Source: Bacillota bacterium
GTDB taxonomy: Bacteria; Bacillota; DTU025
Direction of reading: 5' to 3'
NCBI GenBank assembly: GCA_050951805.1
Contig: JBMNJT010000004.1
Location: forward strand, 141,096 to 205,095
Length of the DNA stretch: 64,000 bases
Below the pieces are notes generated by a model. The model ran no database searches and was not told where the DNA came from. It saw only the letters and a program-made list of their open reading frames with translations. The position numbers and the translations under genes are program-made. Positions 20,118 through 31,077 of the stretch are shown in pieces (positions within the stretch are counted from its first letter, which is position 1; the number at the start of each line of letters is the position of its first letter).

Positions 20118-20151
20118 AGCCTGGCCTCCCATTACTTCCTGCATATTAATT

Positions 20152-20178
20152 ATATCGACAGGAATGAGGGAAATATTA
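20152..20178 (-). promoter_or_regulatory. sigma28 (SigD)-like promoter of MCP1
   Basis: TAAT, 15 bp, GTCGATAT versus consensus TAAA-N15/16-GCCGATAT. Confidence 0.55.
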
Positions 20179-20279
20179 GGGAGGAAGACGCTCATGAGAA
20201 GAATCCGGCTTTTTGTGTGGATTGGCATAGTCTCGGAGGCCCTTTAGCAGAACCGAGAGAAGTAGTCACAATAGGAAAT

Positions 20280-20311
20280 GAGAAATGCCCTGAGCTGTCA
20301 GGGCATTTCTC
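20280..20311 (-). terminator. Hairpin identical to 18216-18247, downstream of MCP2
   Basis: Same 32-nt sequence. Confidence 0.7.
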
Positions 20312-20319
20312 GATTCGAT

Positions 20320-22182
20320 CTATGCAAGCTTGAACCTGGCTGCAAGCTGCTGTAGCCTTGCTGCCATGTCGGCAAGGGAATGGGAAGCGGAGGACATCTG
20401 CTGCAACGAAGCGGTGACTTGTTCTGTCGAGGCTGCTACCTCCTCTACTGAAGCCGCGTTTTCTTCGGATATGGCAGCTACGTTTTCGATGGCCTTCTGC
20501 ATTTGCTGTATACTCGCTGCCATCTGCTGGGATGCCGCGGCGTTCTCGTCAGCCACTGCTACAACTTCTACAGTGGCCTCGTTCACATCGCTCGCTCCCT
20601 CCATCAAGCTGTTGCTAGATTCGACTACTGAATGCGCAAGCTCTAGGTTGTTCGCGGCGTGGTTGCTTATGTTATGCAAAACCTCTGTGGATTCGATTAC
20701 CAGTGGAAGGCTCTCTTCTACGAGATCGTTTGTGCCTCTGATGGCCGATGCCACTTTGCCTACTTCTGCCAATGTTTGCTCGATCAGTCCCGAGATGACC
20801 TTCGTTTCATTTAGCGAGCCCTCTGCGAGTTTCCGCACTTCGTCCGCTACCACCGCAAAACCGCGGCCCTGTTCGCCGGCGCGCGCCGCTTCTATGGCGG
20901 CGTTGAGAGCCAGAAGATTGGTCTGATCCGCGATATCCTCTATTACCTGCACCACCTGGACCATCTGGCGCGAACTTGCCTCTAGGTCTGCCGCCGCCTG
21001 CTCCACTTCGTTTGACGAGTTCTTTATCCTTTCCATGCTGGCGGCTACTTGGGCGACTGACCGGTCTCCCTTTTCGGCCTCTTTTGCTGTGGCATTTATG
21101 GCTTCTTCCATTTTCATAACGAAGTCATTTACATGGTCGAGCTCTTGCCCCATTTGGGCTATGAGGCGGGATACGTTCTGCAATTGCTGCGTTTGCTGGC
21201 CCGCTCCATCGGCTATCTGCTCGATTGCTGCAGCCACCTGCTGCGCGCCTGCGGCGGTCTCGCCGGCATTGGCGCTCTGTTGCTCGGCCCCTGAGGCCAT
21301 CTCCTGGATTGCCGCGGAAATCTGCTGGGCAGCGTGGGCCGATTCCTCTCCGGATGCGGAGAGCTCTTCGCTGGTGCTCGCAACCTGCTCAGCTTCGTTT
21401 TGCATTTCGCTCAGCAAATTGGTTAGGTTTTCAACCATTTTCCTGGTGGATGTAGCAAGGTCGGCTATTTCGTCGCCTGTGTTGAGGATCGGCACTGAGA
21501 CTGTGAGGTCTCCCTGGGCTACCGCGTCCGCGGCGACCTGGATTGTTTTCACCGGTTTAGTGATGTTGCGGTTGAGGAAAATTGTCATGATAACCGCTAT
21601 CGCTATGTTGGCTATCATGCCGACTAAGGAAAATAGATCCTTTGATTGGCCGGTTGCCTTGGCTGTGTTTACCCAATTGTCATTCAGGCCCTCAATGAAC
21701 TCGACCCACTCAGCGATGACATCGTCAACTTGTCCGAGGATCAAAGCGCCTTCATCAGCCATCAATGCGGTTGCCTCTTCTGTCATCCCAAGCTGAACAA
21801 GGTGTGAGATGTCTTCGGCGAGCAAATCATAGCGGTCGTTAATTTCGGCCAATAGCTCCAACGACTGCAATGATTTGCCAGCCTGGCTCAGCATGCGGGC
21901 CTTATCCATGCTCTGCTCAACGTTCTCATCGAGCAGATGGAATCTTTCGATTTCTGCGGGATTGCCCGAGAGTATGTAACCGCGCAGGGCCAGCCCTTTT
22001 TCCAAAAGCTCGCTGCGAAGCCTGTATATTATGGTCTCTCCGGGCAAGCTCCGCTCGATCAGGTTCATATATTCGTTCGTTATCTTACGATCAGCTTGAA
22101 TGCCGAGTATGCTTATGGCAGCCATGACTAAAAGGACGACTGTGTACGACAGTACGATCTTCCCACCTATCTTGAGCTTCAT
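20320..22182 (-). CDS. Methyl-accepting chemotaxis protein 2
   Basis: Same architecture as MCP1. Start MKLKIGG after RBS GGAGGT. Confidence 0.95.
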   Translation of the reverse strand: MKLKIGGKIVLSYTVVLLVMAAISILGIQADRKITNEYMNLIERSLPGETIIYRLRSELLEKGLALRGYILSGNPAEIERFHLLDENVEQSMDKARMLSQAGKSLQSLELLAEINDRYDLLAEDISHLVQLGMTEEATALMADEGALILGQVDDVIAEWVEFIEGLNDNWVNTAKATGQSKDLFSLVGMIANIAIAVIMTIFLNRNITKPVKTIQVAADAVAQGDLTVSVPILNTGDEIADLATSTRKMVENLTNLLSEMQNEAEQVASTSEELSASGEESAHAAQQISAAIQEMASGAEQQSANAGETAAGAQQVAAAIEQIADGAGQQTQQLQNVSRLIAQMGQELDHVNDFVMKMEEAINATAKEAEKGDRSVAQVAASMERIKNSSNEVEQAAADLEASSRQMVQVVQVIEDIADQTNLLALNAAIEAARAGEQGRGFAVVADEVRKLAEGSLNETKVISGLIEQTLAEVGKVASAIRGTNDLVEESLPLVIESTEVLHNISNHAANNLELAHSVVESSNSLMEGASDVNEATVEVVAVADENAAASQQMAASIQQMQKAIENVAAISEENAASVEEVAASTEQVTASLQQMSSASHSLADMAARLQQLAARFKLA

Positions 22183-22214
22183 TGGCCTACCTCCTGTTGC
22201 GTCATGCAATAATC

Positions 22215-22302
22215 TTATCGGCAAACGCAAGCACCGATATTAGGTACGACATCAAAATTTTCGATATAATTTGATATAGACTGACACGGTTTATGCCGAT
22301 AT
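22215..22302. promoter_or_regulatory. Divergent sigma28-like promoters (MCP2 on minus, GGDEF/HD-GYP gene on plus)
   Basis: Minus: TAAT, 16 bp, GCCGATAA (22242-22215). Plus: TATA, 16 bp, GCCGATAT (22275-22302). Confidence 0.6.
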
Positions 22303-22365
22303 AGATAATGGGGCATTGGCATCGCTCATCTACCAAACCTGCGGTAAGGTGGGGAGGTACCAAAC

Positions 22366-24578
22366 GTGGGGAAGATTAATGTTTCAAGTCTGCGCAACCG
22401 TTTCGCGCTTGTTCTCATAATTGTCCTTTTGCCGTGGATTGTAGTGAATGTCAGAAACAATCTAGCTGAACAAGAGGAATTGATGAGGGATGCAGAAGAG
22501 CGAAGCCTGAAGCTTCTTGACTATCTCGACGAAACAGAGCGTCTCAATCTGAGGAGCATCATGAGGATCATCGAAACCGCGCTGCTGGGCAGAGATGGGC
22601 AGGATGGGGGCCACGTTGACCTTATGAAGGTTCAGATGCTTGTCGATGTATTTGGATGCGAATTGCCGGTAGCAATAACGGATTTTGGAGGCAATGTGTT
22701 GGCGTCCTCTTTTCCCTTGGACAATGAAGAGCTTGTGCGTGAAAACCCGCAGGTTCGCGCCGCCGCCGATACAGGCAAGATCTCGTTCGGCAGCTTCCAA
22801 GGGATTCTCGGCCCTGATAAGTATGGGGTCGTAGTGGCCTATCCCGTGATTGATCCGAGCTATGGCATCCGCTCAATCATAGTAGGTTTCGTAGATGAAG
22901 AAAGATTGGCCGATCCCATTGCGCGAGTCTCGAGCTACCGGCAGACGCTGTTTTCGAGGTGGCTGACCTGGACGGGAACGTGGTCGCGCGCTATTCTCGT
23001 GCAAAAGAGGATATGAGGCGTGGCGAAGCTATGGAACAAGCGATGCTTAAATCCGGGGCAGCGGAAATCAGCGAAAGAAGCCGCAGTGGGTTCATGAAGT
23101 TGGAGGATGGCTCAATGCAGCTCGTTGCAGAAAAGATAATAGTTGATCCCTGCGGCAGGCCAACGCTGCGCGTCGCCGTTACAACTCCGGCTGCCTCTTC
23201 TCTTTCTCGCATGAATGACCATATCTTGCGCGACCTGAAAGCGCTTTTGGTGGTAGCTGCGATCATCACCCCTGTTCTGTGGGGCATATTCCGTGCAGAA
23301 GTAGTGGTGCCTGTAGAAAAATTGGCGAACTTAGCCAGTCGGCTAGCACAAGGAGAATTCGGAATCAGGCACGGCGAGCCTTACCGCCGTGGGGAACTTG
23401 GGCTTCTTGCGAGGACTCTTGACCAGATGTCAACAGCATTGGAGAGACGCGCAAATGAACTCATCTATCTCAGCCATCACGATTCGTTGACCGGTGCCTA
23501 TAATCGAACCTACATCGAAAGCATCGAAGAGGATTTGAACGCTGAGGACAAGCTTCCTACTACAGTGATTGTGGGCGACATAAACGGGCTAAAGAGGATA
23601 AACGATATTTACGGGCATTCAGTCGGCGATGAGGTTGTGATTGCGGCCGGGAACATCTTTCGCGAATATGTTGGAGAGAAGGGAATCGTAGCTAGGTGGG
23701 CAGGGGACGAGTTCATTGCCATTTTACCAAACACCGACTGGAAAGAGGGCCTGGCAGTGTGCAGGGAGATCAGTCATTCCTGCAGCCAGATGGAGCCTGA
23801 TCCAGTAGCGCCCAACATAGCCTTGGGGGTTGCCACACGCGCCACACTCGAGCAGAGTTTGAGAGACACGTGGATTGCGGCTGAGGACCGGATGTACACA
23901 AACAAGCTTGCAGGATCAACATCTGGCAGAGGAAGGTTGCTCCATTCGCTGAGGCAAGCATTGGCTGAAAGCACACATGAGACGCAGCAGCATTCAAGCA
24001 GATTGCATTTTCTCGCCACTGAACTGGGGAAAGTTATGGGGCTTTCTGCAGGTGCCCTCGATGATCTAGCGCTGCTCGCGGACTTCCACGACATAGGGAA
24101 GATCGGGATTCCAGATGCTATACTTCAGAAGCCCGGTCCGCTCACGCCTCCGGAGTGGGATATGATGATGGCGCACCCTGAGATAGGGGCGAGGATTGTT
24201 GGTGGATGCTACGAACTAGAGCATATCGCAGACGCCATCTTATCCCATCACGAAAGGTGGGATGGCACGGGATATCCTAATGGGCTTGCGGGGGATGAAA
24301 TTCCTCTGATCTCGCGGATCCTTGCAATTGTTGATGCCTATGATGCCATGACCAGTGACCGTCCTTATCGTACAGCGATGAGCAGGGAAGAGGCGCTTGA
24401 GGAGATACAGAGGTGTTCGGGAACGCAGTTCGACCCGAATTTAGTTGAGGTATTTGTGAAGATGATGGAAGAGATCGACTTGAAGGAGGAATACGAGAAG
24501 AACTGGTTTGAAGGAGACCCATACTGGCTGTGCACAACGTTTGACGAGTCCAAGCTTATTGGCGACGGTGATTCTTGA
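22366..24578 (+). pseudogene. Sensor-HAMP-GGDEF-HD-GYP protein split by a +2 frameshift
   Basis: ORFs 22366-23016 and 22959-24578. Removing one CG from GCGCG (22921-22925) restores IASLELPADAVFEVADLDGNVVAR, which aligns with the paralogue's LSNVDLPADVAFELVDLNWDVVAH. Motifs RWAGDEF, HDIGK, HHERWDGTGYP. Confidence 0.8.
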
Positions 24579-24629
24579 TCAGATCCTATTGCTTTGCTGT
24601 GTTACCTTATCCGGCAGTGTGACGTCGGT

Positions 24630-24658
24630 TTGACGAATTGCTGTTCACGTGATATCAT
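24630..24658 (+). promoter_or_regulatory. sigmaA promoter of tRNA-Glu
   Basis: TTGACG, 17 bp, TATCAT with an extended TG. Confidence 0.6.
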
Positions 24659-24709
24659 AGCTGAGCAAAAGACTTATGCGTTAAGTTAAGATTTGCCATA
24701 TATGTTTGC

Positions 24710-24785
24710 GCTCCCATGGTCTAGTGGCCTAGGACATCGCCCTTTCAAGGCGGTAACACGGGTTCGAATCCCGTTGGGAGCGCCA
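24710..24785 (+). tRNA. tRNA-Glu(TTC)
   Basis: Acceptor GCTCCCA/TGGGAGC, anticodon loop CT-TTC-AA, GGTTCGAATCC, encoded CCA. Confidence 0.97.
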
Positions 24786-25298
24786 TTATTATGCCCTTTT
24801 TTCATCTCTCCTTGGCCGTATGAGGAATGTCGGATCATCCTCGGGCTTCTCCTCTGCCTTTTCCCTGTGTTCAAGCGGGGCAACCTGCTACTGAGCCGTT
24901 GTGACGCCATATGACCCTCTTATCGGCAGATTCACTCAAACACTGTCAATTGTTGATTGCGGCGTGCACAGCACCGCCAGGGAGATTACGCTTCGTTCAA
25001 CCTTGTTCTGGGACAGGCCGCTGACTATAGGGAACGAGTCTGGTTGGCATCGGCGCTTTCATCGCAAAGAATATCTGCTCCATTCCGGCGTTTGCGCGTT
25101 TATGTGCACAAGAGCGATTCCGCCAGAAGATCTCATGTGACAGGAAGAGCTCGTGCACGGCATGTGCAGGTTTTGCTTCTGCGGGCAGAAACAGTCAACG
25201 AGGATATTTGATAGAGTTCGCAAGTGTAGTATAATAAGTTCTGGAAAGACACACATTTTTTATTTGACATCAGTGGGCAGAAGCTCTCCGAGGTTGGC

Positions 25299-25326
25299 TC
25301 AACGGATTGCCGATATGTGCCGATAT
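25299..25326 (+). promoter_or_regulatory. sigma28-like promoter with tandem GCCGATAT boxes
   Basis: TCAA, 16 bp, GCCGATAT (25319-25326); a second GCCGATAT at 25309-25316. Confidence 0.55.
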
Positions 25327-25385
25327 ATACAAATGGGCCCACAAATTGTACCGAATGCGTCGATTACCCTTCTTGAGCATGGCCA

Positions 25386-27629
25386 ATGATCTGGAAGGAG
25401 AAGAAACCTGCTATGAAGGTGAATACGTCGCGTCTGCAATGTAGGATGATGCTGTTGATCCTGTTGATGGCTGTGCCATTGCTTGCAGCCAGTGTCCAAA
25501 ATGGCTTTTCCCAGAGGAAGGCAATGGTTCAGCAGATAGAAATGCAAGGCCTTGATCTGCTAGGATATATGGAGTCAGCGATGAGCATGGGCCTGAAGCG
25601 GAACATCGAGACGATAGCGATGGTTGTGTTAGGGGAAGGGGAAGACTTCGATATCGAGGCCAAACAGCGAGCCATCGACAAGATCGTTGCTAAGACAGGA
25701 AACAGGTTGGACATAGCCATTATTGACGACCGAGGCAGGATTCTTGCTTCCTCCACAACTCAGTTCGACTCCGCATTACTCGCGGATAAGGAGCGCCTTC
25801 AGGAAGCGCTCCTTACAGGTCAGATCTCCTTCGGTGTGCATAAGCCGGACCATGCAGGCGGCAGGCCGGGGGTGCTTTTGTTATATCCAGTCTTCGACGC
25901 CGATAATAGTGCTACTTTTGTTGTTGCAGCGCTTCTTTATGAAGAACTGCTTTTTTCTTCCCTGAGCAACGTTGATCTTCCCGCTGATGTAGCTTTCGAA
26001 CTCGTCGACCTCAATTGGGATGTTGTAGCGCATCGCGAGACATCTGATAGGGCTTTAGGCCTTACTGCAAGCCCAGACCTGGGCGATGTCAGGCAGAAAC
26101 TGGCATTCAGTGTAGATGGAGGCTTGAGCGAGGTTAGCAAATGGGAGGACGGGGTCAAGCGCCTAGCGGGCATCAAGACAGTTACAGACTATCGCGGGAA
26201 TCCTGTTTTCTATGTTACCGCCACTATGCCGATTGGGGCAGATCTGACCCGCGCGACGATTTTGTCCTTCTATCAAGTTGCGGTGATGCTTGGAGTATCG
26301 TTGATCGTTATTCCTGTAACATGGGGATTGATGAACAAGCAGTTTGTGGAACCAGTCAACAGACTGGTCGACTTGGCAGAAGATCTTGGAAGCGGCCACA
26401 TGGATGCGAGGCACGGCGAACCCTACGAGGCGGGCGAGGTTGGCGAGCTTGCGAAGGCTTTCGATGAGATGGCGGAGGCGCTTAAGGAACGCAGTGAGGA
26501 GCTGGAGTATCTCAGTTTCCACGACAGTTTGACCGGAGCCTATAACCGCACTTACATCGAAAGCATCAGCGAGGAATTGGCTTGTGAGGAGAACCTTCCG
26601 ACAACGATAATATTGGGCGATATCAATGGCCTGAAGATGGTGAACGATACCTATGGCCATCAGGCCGGAAACGAGCTAATAGTGAGGGCTGGCGCCATCA
26701 TCCAGCAGTGCGTCGGGGATAGCGGCGTTGTTGCCAGATGGGGCGGTGACGAATTCATAATAGTCTTGCCCAACGCGCCCATGCGAAGCGGCCTCTTGCT
26801 GTGTAACAGGATACGTTCGGCTTGCGAGTCGTCCGGCCATTATCCGGCGGCGCCAAGCATAGCTTTGGGTGTTGCCACCCGGATGGCTGCCGAACAGTCG
26901 ATAATGGACACGCTTGTGAGCGCCGAAAGCCGTATGTACAGGAATAAATTCCTCGACACGTCATCAGCCAGGGGCACTCTGCTTTACTCGCTCCGAAGGG
27001 CTCTCGCGGAAAGCACCCATGAGACGGAAGAGCACTCCAGCAGAATGTGCTTTCTCGCTCTGGAGTTGGGCAGTATGATTGGCCTGTCATCCAATACCTT
27101 GGACGACCTGGCTATCCTCGCGAGTTTCCACGACATAGGGAAGATCGGGATACCCGACAGTATCTTGCAGAAGCCCGGGCCTCTCACTGATGAAGAATGG
27201 AAGGTGATGAAGGCTCATCCAGAGATAGGCGCCAGGATTGTGGGGGGATCATACGAGCTTTCGCATATTTCGGAATCCATTCTCTCCCATCACGAGAGGT
27301 GGGATGGGGAGGGGTACCCTGAGGGGGTTGGCGGAGACGAGATACCGCTTATCTCCCGAATCCTCGCGATTGTCGATGCGTATGACGCGATGACCAGTGA
27401 TCGGACATACAGAAAAGCCATGTCGAGGGAGGAAGCTTTGGCCGAGATAGCGCGTTGCTCCGGAACTCAGTTCGATCCCGACTTGGTGGAGATGTTCCTC
27501 ACTATGATGGAGGAGATGGCCAGGTCGGAGGAGGACGAGATGGACTGGTTGACTGCGGGGATGCAGTGGTACGAAGGTTTGGGCGACTGTGATTCCGGCG
27601 TGCCCAAGATGCCCGAAGATGAAGCGTAG
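25386..27629 (+). CDS. Cache-like sensor-HAMP-GGDEF-HD-GYP protein
   Basis: Two TM segments, HDSLTGAYNR, RWGGDEF, HDIGK, HHERWDGEGYP. Confidence 0.92.
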   Translation: MIWKEKKPAMKVNTSRLQCRMMLLILLMAVPLLAASVQNGFSQRKAMVQQIEMQGLDLLGYMESAMSMGLKRNIETIAMVVLGEGEDFDIEAKQRAIDKIVAKTGNRLDIAIIDDRGRILASSTTQFDSALLADKERLQEALLTGQISFGVHKPDHAGGRPGVLLLYPVFDADNSATFVVAALLYEELLFSSLSNVDLPADVAFELVDLNWDVVAHRETSDRALGLTASPDLGDVRQKLAFSVDGGLSEVSKWEDGVKRLAGIKTVTDYRGNPVFYVTATMPIGADLTRATILSFYQVAVMLGVSLIVIPVTWGLMNKQFVEPVNRLVDLAEDLGSGHMDARHGEPYEAGEVGELAKAFDEMAEALKERSEELEYLSFHDSLTGAYNRTYIESISEELACEENLPTTIILGDINGLKMVNDTYGHQAGNELIVRAGAIIQQCVGDSGVVARWGGDEFIIVLPNAPMRSGLLLCNRIRSACESSGHYPAAPSIALGVATRMAAEQSIMDTLVSAESRMYRNKFLDTSSARGTLLYSLRRALAESTHETEEHSSRMCFLALELGSMIGLSSNTLDDLAILASFHDIGKIGIPDSILQKPGPLTDEEWKVMKAHPEIGARIVGGSYELSHISESILSHHERWDGEGYPEGVGGDEIPLISRILAIVDAYDAMTSDRTYRKAMSREEALAEIARCSGTQFDPDLVEMFLTMMEEMARSEEDEMDWLTAGMQWYEGLGDCDSGVPKMPEDEA

Positions 27630-27684
27630 TGGGCATCGCGGCGTCCGGGCCATGGGCCCGGACTTGCCTTTTCAGCCCGGTGTG

Positions 27685-29421
27685 CTAACTCCGCTCTAGC
27701 TCCCTGAGTGCTCTCATGATCTCCGGTGCGAACTGCTGTTTTCTTGACACTACGCCCGGCAGCCAGAACGATTCTGCTCCCGCTTCCACCCCGGCGTGGC
27801 CGAAGGCGCGCTCTGCCAGGCTTGCGTCACGCGCTGTCCACAGTATTTCTGAACCGTCTGCCGCCACATCTGTGAGCATGAGCGCTACCATAGCGTAGCC
27901 TGCATCTTCCATAAGGCTTCGCGTGGCGTCTAGAAGTTGGCGCTTGAGGTCGGAGCTGAACCCTCCGGAAGTGGTAGCCTGCCCTATCCCCACTTTGAAC
28001 TTGCCCACAGTGAACTCCTTGAAGTCGGATCGCAGTATTTCGGCGGGATCGGCGTCTTCTATATGGGTCTTCGCCGTGAGCACCAGATCGGCGAGGCTCT
28101 TCAGGTCGACGTCGGCTCCTGAGGCCAGGCGTTCCGCTTCCAGCCTGTCTTGGGGTGTAGATGTGGGCGACTTGAAGGCCAGGGTGTCGGAGATGATTGC
28201 GGATGCCAATAGTCCTGCCAGGGCAGGGCTGAGGGTGACTTTGTTCTGGCGCGCCAGGGCGCTTATTATCGTCGAGGTGGATCCCCATGGCCTGTTCACG
28301 AAGAGTATGGGATGATCTGTCTCAATCGACCCTATTCGATGGTGGTCGATCACTTCCAACACTACGGCCGTGTCGATCCCTTCCACTGATTGGGTTTTCT
28401 CGTTGTGATCCACCAAGATCACTCGCTTGCGGGGAGGGTCGGCCAGATGGTTTCTGCCGATCATGCCTGTGGGTCTTCCGTGCTCGTCCATGACCGGATA
28501 GAGCTTGAACGGGCGAAGCCTCATTTCCTCTCTCACTTCTGACACCAGGTCATCAAGGGTGAATGTGGCCACGTCGGCGCTTGTCATCACTTGGTCTACG
28601 GGGACTGCCTGCCACAGAAGCCCGAGGCAAGCGAGGGTGTCTGCTGCCGTTGACAGCACGGATGTGCCGCGCGAGCGCGCCAGTTCGAGCGTGTCGCGGG
28701 AGACGGGGGCCCGATGGGCATCTGTCACTACGAGCACAGCGACCCCCTCTTCGACTGCGATTCGCTGGAGGTCGGGCCTATCGGAAACGATCAGCATGTC
28801 GTGGGGGGTGATGGCGCGACGGGCCCAATCTATTCCGATGTCGCCCACGAATACTCGGCCATCGAACTCGGGCTGGCCTTCTGCTACGAGTTGGGCGTCG
28901 AGGGCGCTCACGAGGTTTTTTATGGGGAACGAATAGTGGCTTCTCTTTGCTGAGGCGTTAAGCTCGGCCCTGGCGATATCGCCCAAGGTGGCAAGGCCCT
29001 GAAGCTTCCCGTCCTCGTCCACAATGCATGCCGTGGCTGCCCTCGTCTCGAGCATTTGCTTCCATACTTTTCGCAAGGGAGAGCCTGTACGCACCAGCAT
29101 AGGGCTGTCAAACTGCACGTCTGACACCTGCGGATAGATGTTGGGCAAGAACTGAGGCGGTTCGAACCCGAATGTCTCGAGCACGGTGGCTGTTTCATGG
29201 TTGACAGGCCCAGACCGCGCAGGCACGTACTTTGAAGGAAAAGTTTCCCCGCAGCTCGCCGGTGTTTCAGGTTCCTCTGTTGTGTGGGTGCTCGCGTGGG
29301 GGCTATCCCAACCTGCCAGCGCGTTCTTGATTTCCGCATAGGCTACTGCCGACACTATCGAATCGCAGTCGGGATTTTTGTGGCCAATAATGTAGACTCT
29401 TTCCGCGGCTGATCTTTGCAT
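27685..29421 (-). CDS. ppaC: Mn-dependent inorganic pyrophosphatase (family II) with CBS and DRTGG insert
   Basis: IGHKNPDCDS, ILVDHNE, VIDHH, IISDTL..KSPT, DFKEF, GVVSRKQQ. Confidence 0.93.
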   Translation of the reverse strand: MQRSAAERVYIIGHKNPDCDSIVSAVAYAEIKNALAGWDSPHASTHTTEEPETPASCGETFPSKYVPARSGPVNHETATVLETFGFEPPQFLPNIYPQVSDVQFDSPMLVRTGSPLRKVWKQMLETRAATACIVDEDGKLQGLATLGDIARAELNASAKRSHYSFPIKNLVSALDAQLVAEGQPEFDGRVFVGDIGIDWARRAITPHDMLIVSDRPDLQRIAVEEGVAVLVVTDAHRAPVSRDTLELARSRGTSVLSTAADTLACLGLLWQAVPVDQVMTSADVATFTLDDLVSEVREEMRLRPFKLYPVMDEHGRPTGMIGRNHLADPPRKRVILVDHNEKTQSVEGIDTAVVLEVIDHHRIGSIETDHPILFVNRPWGSTSTIISALARQNKVTLSPALAGLLASAIISDTLAFKSPTSTPQDRLEAERLASGADVDLKSLADLVLTAKTHIEDADPAEILRSDFKEFTVGKFKVGIGQATTSGGFSSDLKRQLLDATRSLMEDAGYAMVALMLTDVAADGSEILWTARDASLAERAFGHAGVEAGAESFWLPGVVSRKQQFAPEIMRALRELERS

Positions 29422-29992
29422 GTGAATATCACCTATGTTTCATGGAATTCTATAGACAATTTCCGGCGTGTTTCGTTTTTTCTGCGTCTGTCCTTGATTG
29501 AGAGGGCCCGATCGCTTCTTCGAAGCTGTTTTTCAGGAGGCTCACTGAGATTTGCTGCTCAGACCGGGTAACCCGCCTGCGATGGAATCGCCTTGATACA
29601 CGTATTTTACATGATTTTTGCGGCAGTGTTTATCACTTTTCAGATGGAGTGTGTGATAAGTAGGCAAGAGTGCAGTTGGGAGTCGGGGGGATGGTCGACG
29701 CAAAAAGGTCAATTGAGGCTCAAAAAAGAAGTGTGTGGTGGGAAAGGAGCAGGGCTTGCCAACGGATCTGGCTAAATTGGAGTCATATCCCAGAAGGTGT
29801 GCCGATTACTTGCCTTCGCTGAAAGACTGACTGCGTACTCGAAAACGTGTCTGGAGCACCAATGAAAGCCGCTCATTGCCAACAATTGATTCTACGGTCC
29901 TCTCATATGCAACTCATATTTTCTGGGCGGTGTTCGTGCCGTAGCCGCTTGGGAAGGCAGGCTGTAGGGGGATGGCACGGGTTGCGATTCGC

Positions 29993-30021
29993 TTGCATTC
30001 GCAGGGCTGACATAGTATAAT
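29993..30021 (+). promoter_or_regulatory. sigmaA promoter of tRNA-Val
   Basis: TTGCAT, 17 bp, TATAAT. Confidence 0.7.
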
Positions 30022-30047
30022 ACTATCCACAAGCAAGATACAGGAAT

Positions 30048-30123
30048 GGGGCAATAGCTCAGCTGGAAGAGCACCTGCGTCACATGTAGGGGGTCACAGG
30101 TTCAAGTCCTGTTTGCCCCACCA
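30048..30123 (+). tRNA. tRNA-Val(CAC)
   Basis: Acceptor GGGGCAA/TTGCCCC, D-arm TAGCTCAGCTGGAAGAGC, anticodon loop GT-CAC-AT, GGTTCAAGTCC, CCA. Confidence 0.95.
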
Positions 30124-30231
30124 TTCTTTATCCAGGGCACGCGCCCTGGTTTTTTTACGCACGGATCTGGATGTTGCGTTGGGCCTCCTGTTGGGATCCC
30201 CGAGGGCTTCGCAGTCTGGAGCTTCTACATT

Positions 30232-31077
30232 CTACTTCTCTTTCCATCCTTTGAAAAGGCCTGCCAGGCCGCCTATTCGTTCTCTTTTCCGCGCTGGTGC
30301 GCGGCTTGTCTCGGCCGTGTCGGCTTTCGGGGAGATCACGGGTTCGGGGACCTTTGGGGTTATGCCCTCCAGTATGGCCTTGGGGTTTTCTTCAAAAAGC
30401 TCTGTGGCTGTTTCTTCCCCCATCAGGCTGGCTGTTCGTTGGCGGGCTTGGGGTAGGAGTCTGCTGTAGGCTGTGGGGCTATGGGCATCGGAGGCTATGA
30501 AATGGCACATGCGCCTTTTGAGGATGGTGAGGGCGCCCTGTTCCGCGATTGAACCGTAGGCTCCTACTATGCTTCCTGCGTCGAGTTGGACGAGAACTCC
30601 CATGTTGATAAGGCGGCACAGCAAGTCCATGTCTTGCGACAGCTCGTGGTTTCTCTCCGGATGGGCGATTATCGGCACGTAGCCATATGCCTTGAGCTCG
30701 AAGAGAGTGGCTTCTGTATAATCTGGAACTGCTAACATGGGGAGCTCCACTAGGACATGTTTGCCCGTCCCTCCTAGCACAGGGATGCCGCCTCCATCGA
30801 GGACCTCGCGCACTCCGGGGTCGAGCAGTATTTCGGCGCCCATGGCAAGCTCAACTTTTGATGCTTCGCTGTCACGTGCGGATGCTGCCGCGAGCTCTTG
30901 GAGGCCCAGGGCAATCTGGGGCGTTCGGGGCGAGCTGGGGTATGAAGCGCAATGGGGGGTTGCGACAATCAGGGTCACGCCTGCCCCGGCTGCTGCTCGA
31001 AGCATGTCTATGGATTCGGATATGTCGGCGGCGCCGTCATCTATTTTGGGGATTATGTGCGAGTGTATGTCTATCAA
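30232..31077 (-). CDS. cpsB: PHP-family protein-tyrosine phosphatase (CpsB/CapC/YwqE)
   Basis: MIDIHSHIIPKIDDGA, ATPH, IAHPERN, IASDAH. Confidence 0.92.
   Translation of the reverse strand: MIDIHSHIIPKIDDGAADISESIDMLRAAAGAGVTLIVATPHCASYPSSPRTPQIALGLQELAAASARDSEASKVELAMGAEILLDPGVREVLDGGGIPVLGGTGKHVLVELPMLAVPDYTEATLFELKAYGYVPIIAHPERNHELSQDMDLLCRLINMGVLVQLDAGSIVGAYGSIAEQGALTILKRRMCHFIASDAHSPTAYSRLLPQARQRTASLMGEETATELFEENPKAILEGITPKVPEPVISPKADTAETSRAPARKRERIGGLAGLFKGWKEK

Larger units (their letters stand above)
18216..21630. repeat. Near-identical direct repeat of about 1.35 kb (about 18216-19565 vs 20280-21630), offset about 2065 bp
   Basis: Covers terminator, signalling domain, HAMP and TM2 of both MCPs. 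The sensor domains diverge. Confidence 0.9.

Noticed and set aside
18151-21796. Long antisense ORFs over the MCPs, and similar ones over the ABC, metH and SLBB genes
   Set aside because: Shadow frames of GC-rich coding sequence with no recognisable motifs.
24786-25385. Long intergenic region after tRNA-Glu as a c-di-GMP riboswitch or integration site
   Set aside because: No GEMM-like motif, no duplicated tRNA 3' end and no integrase that I could find; an Rfam scan would settle it.
29422-29990. Intergenic region between ppaC and tRNA-Val
   Set aside because: No convincing ORF, repeat or RNA structure by eye.
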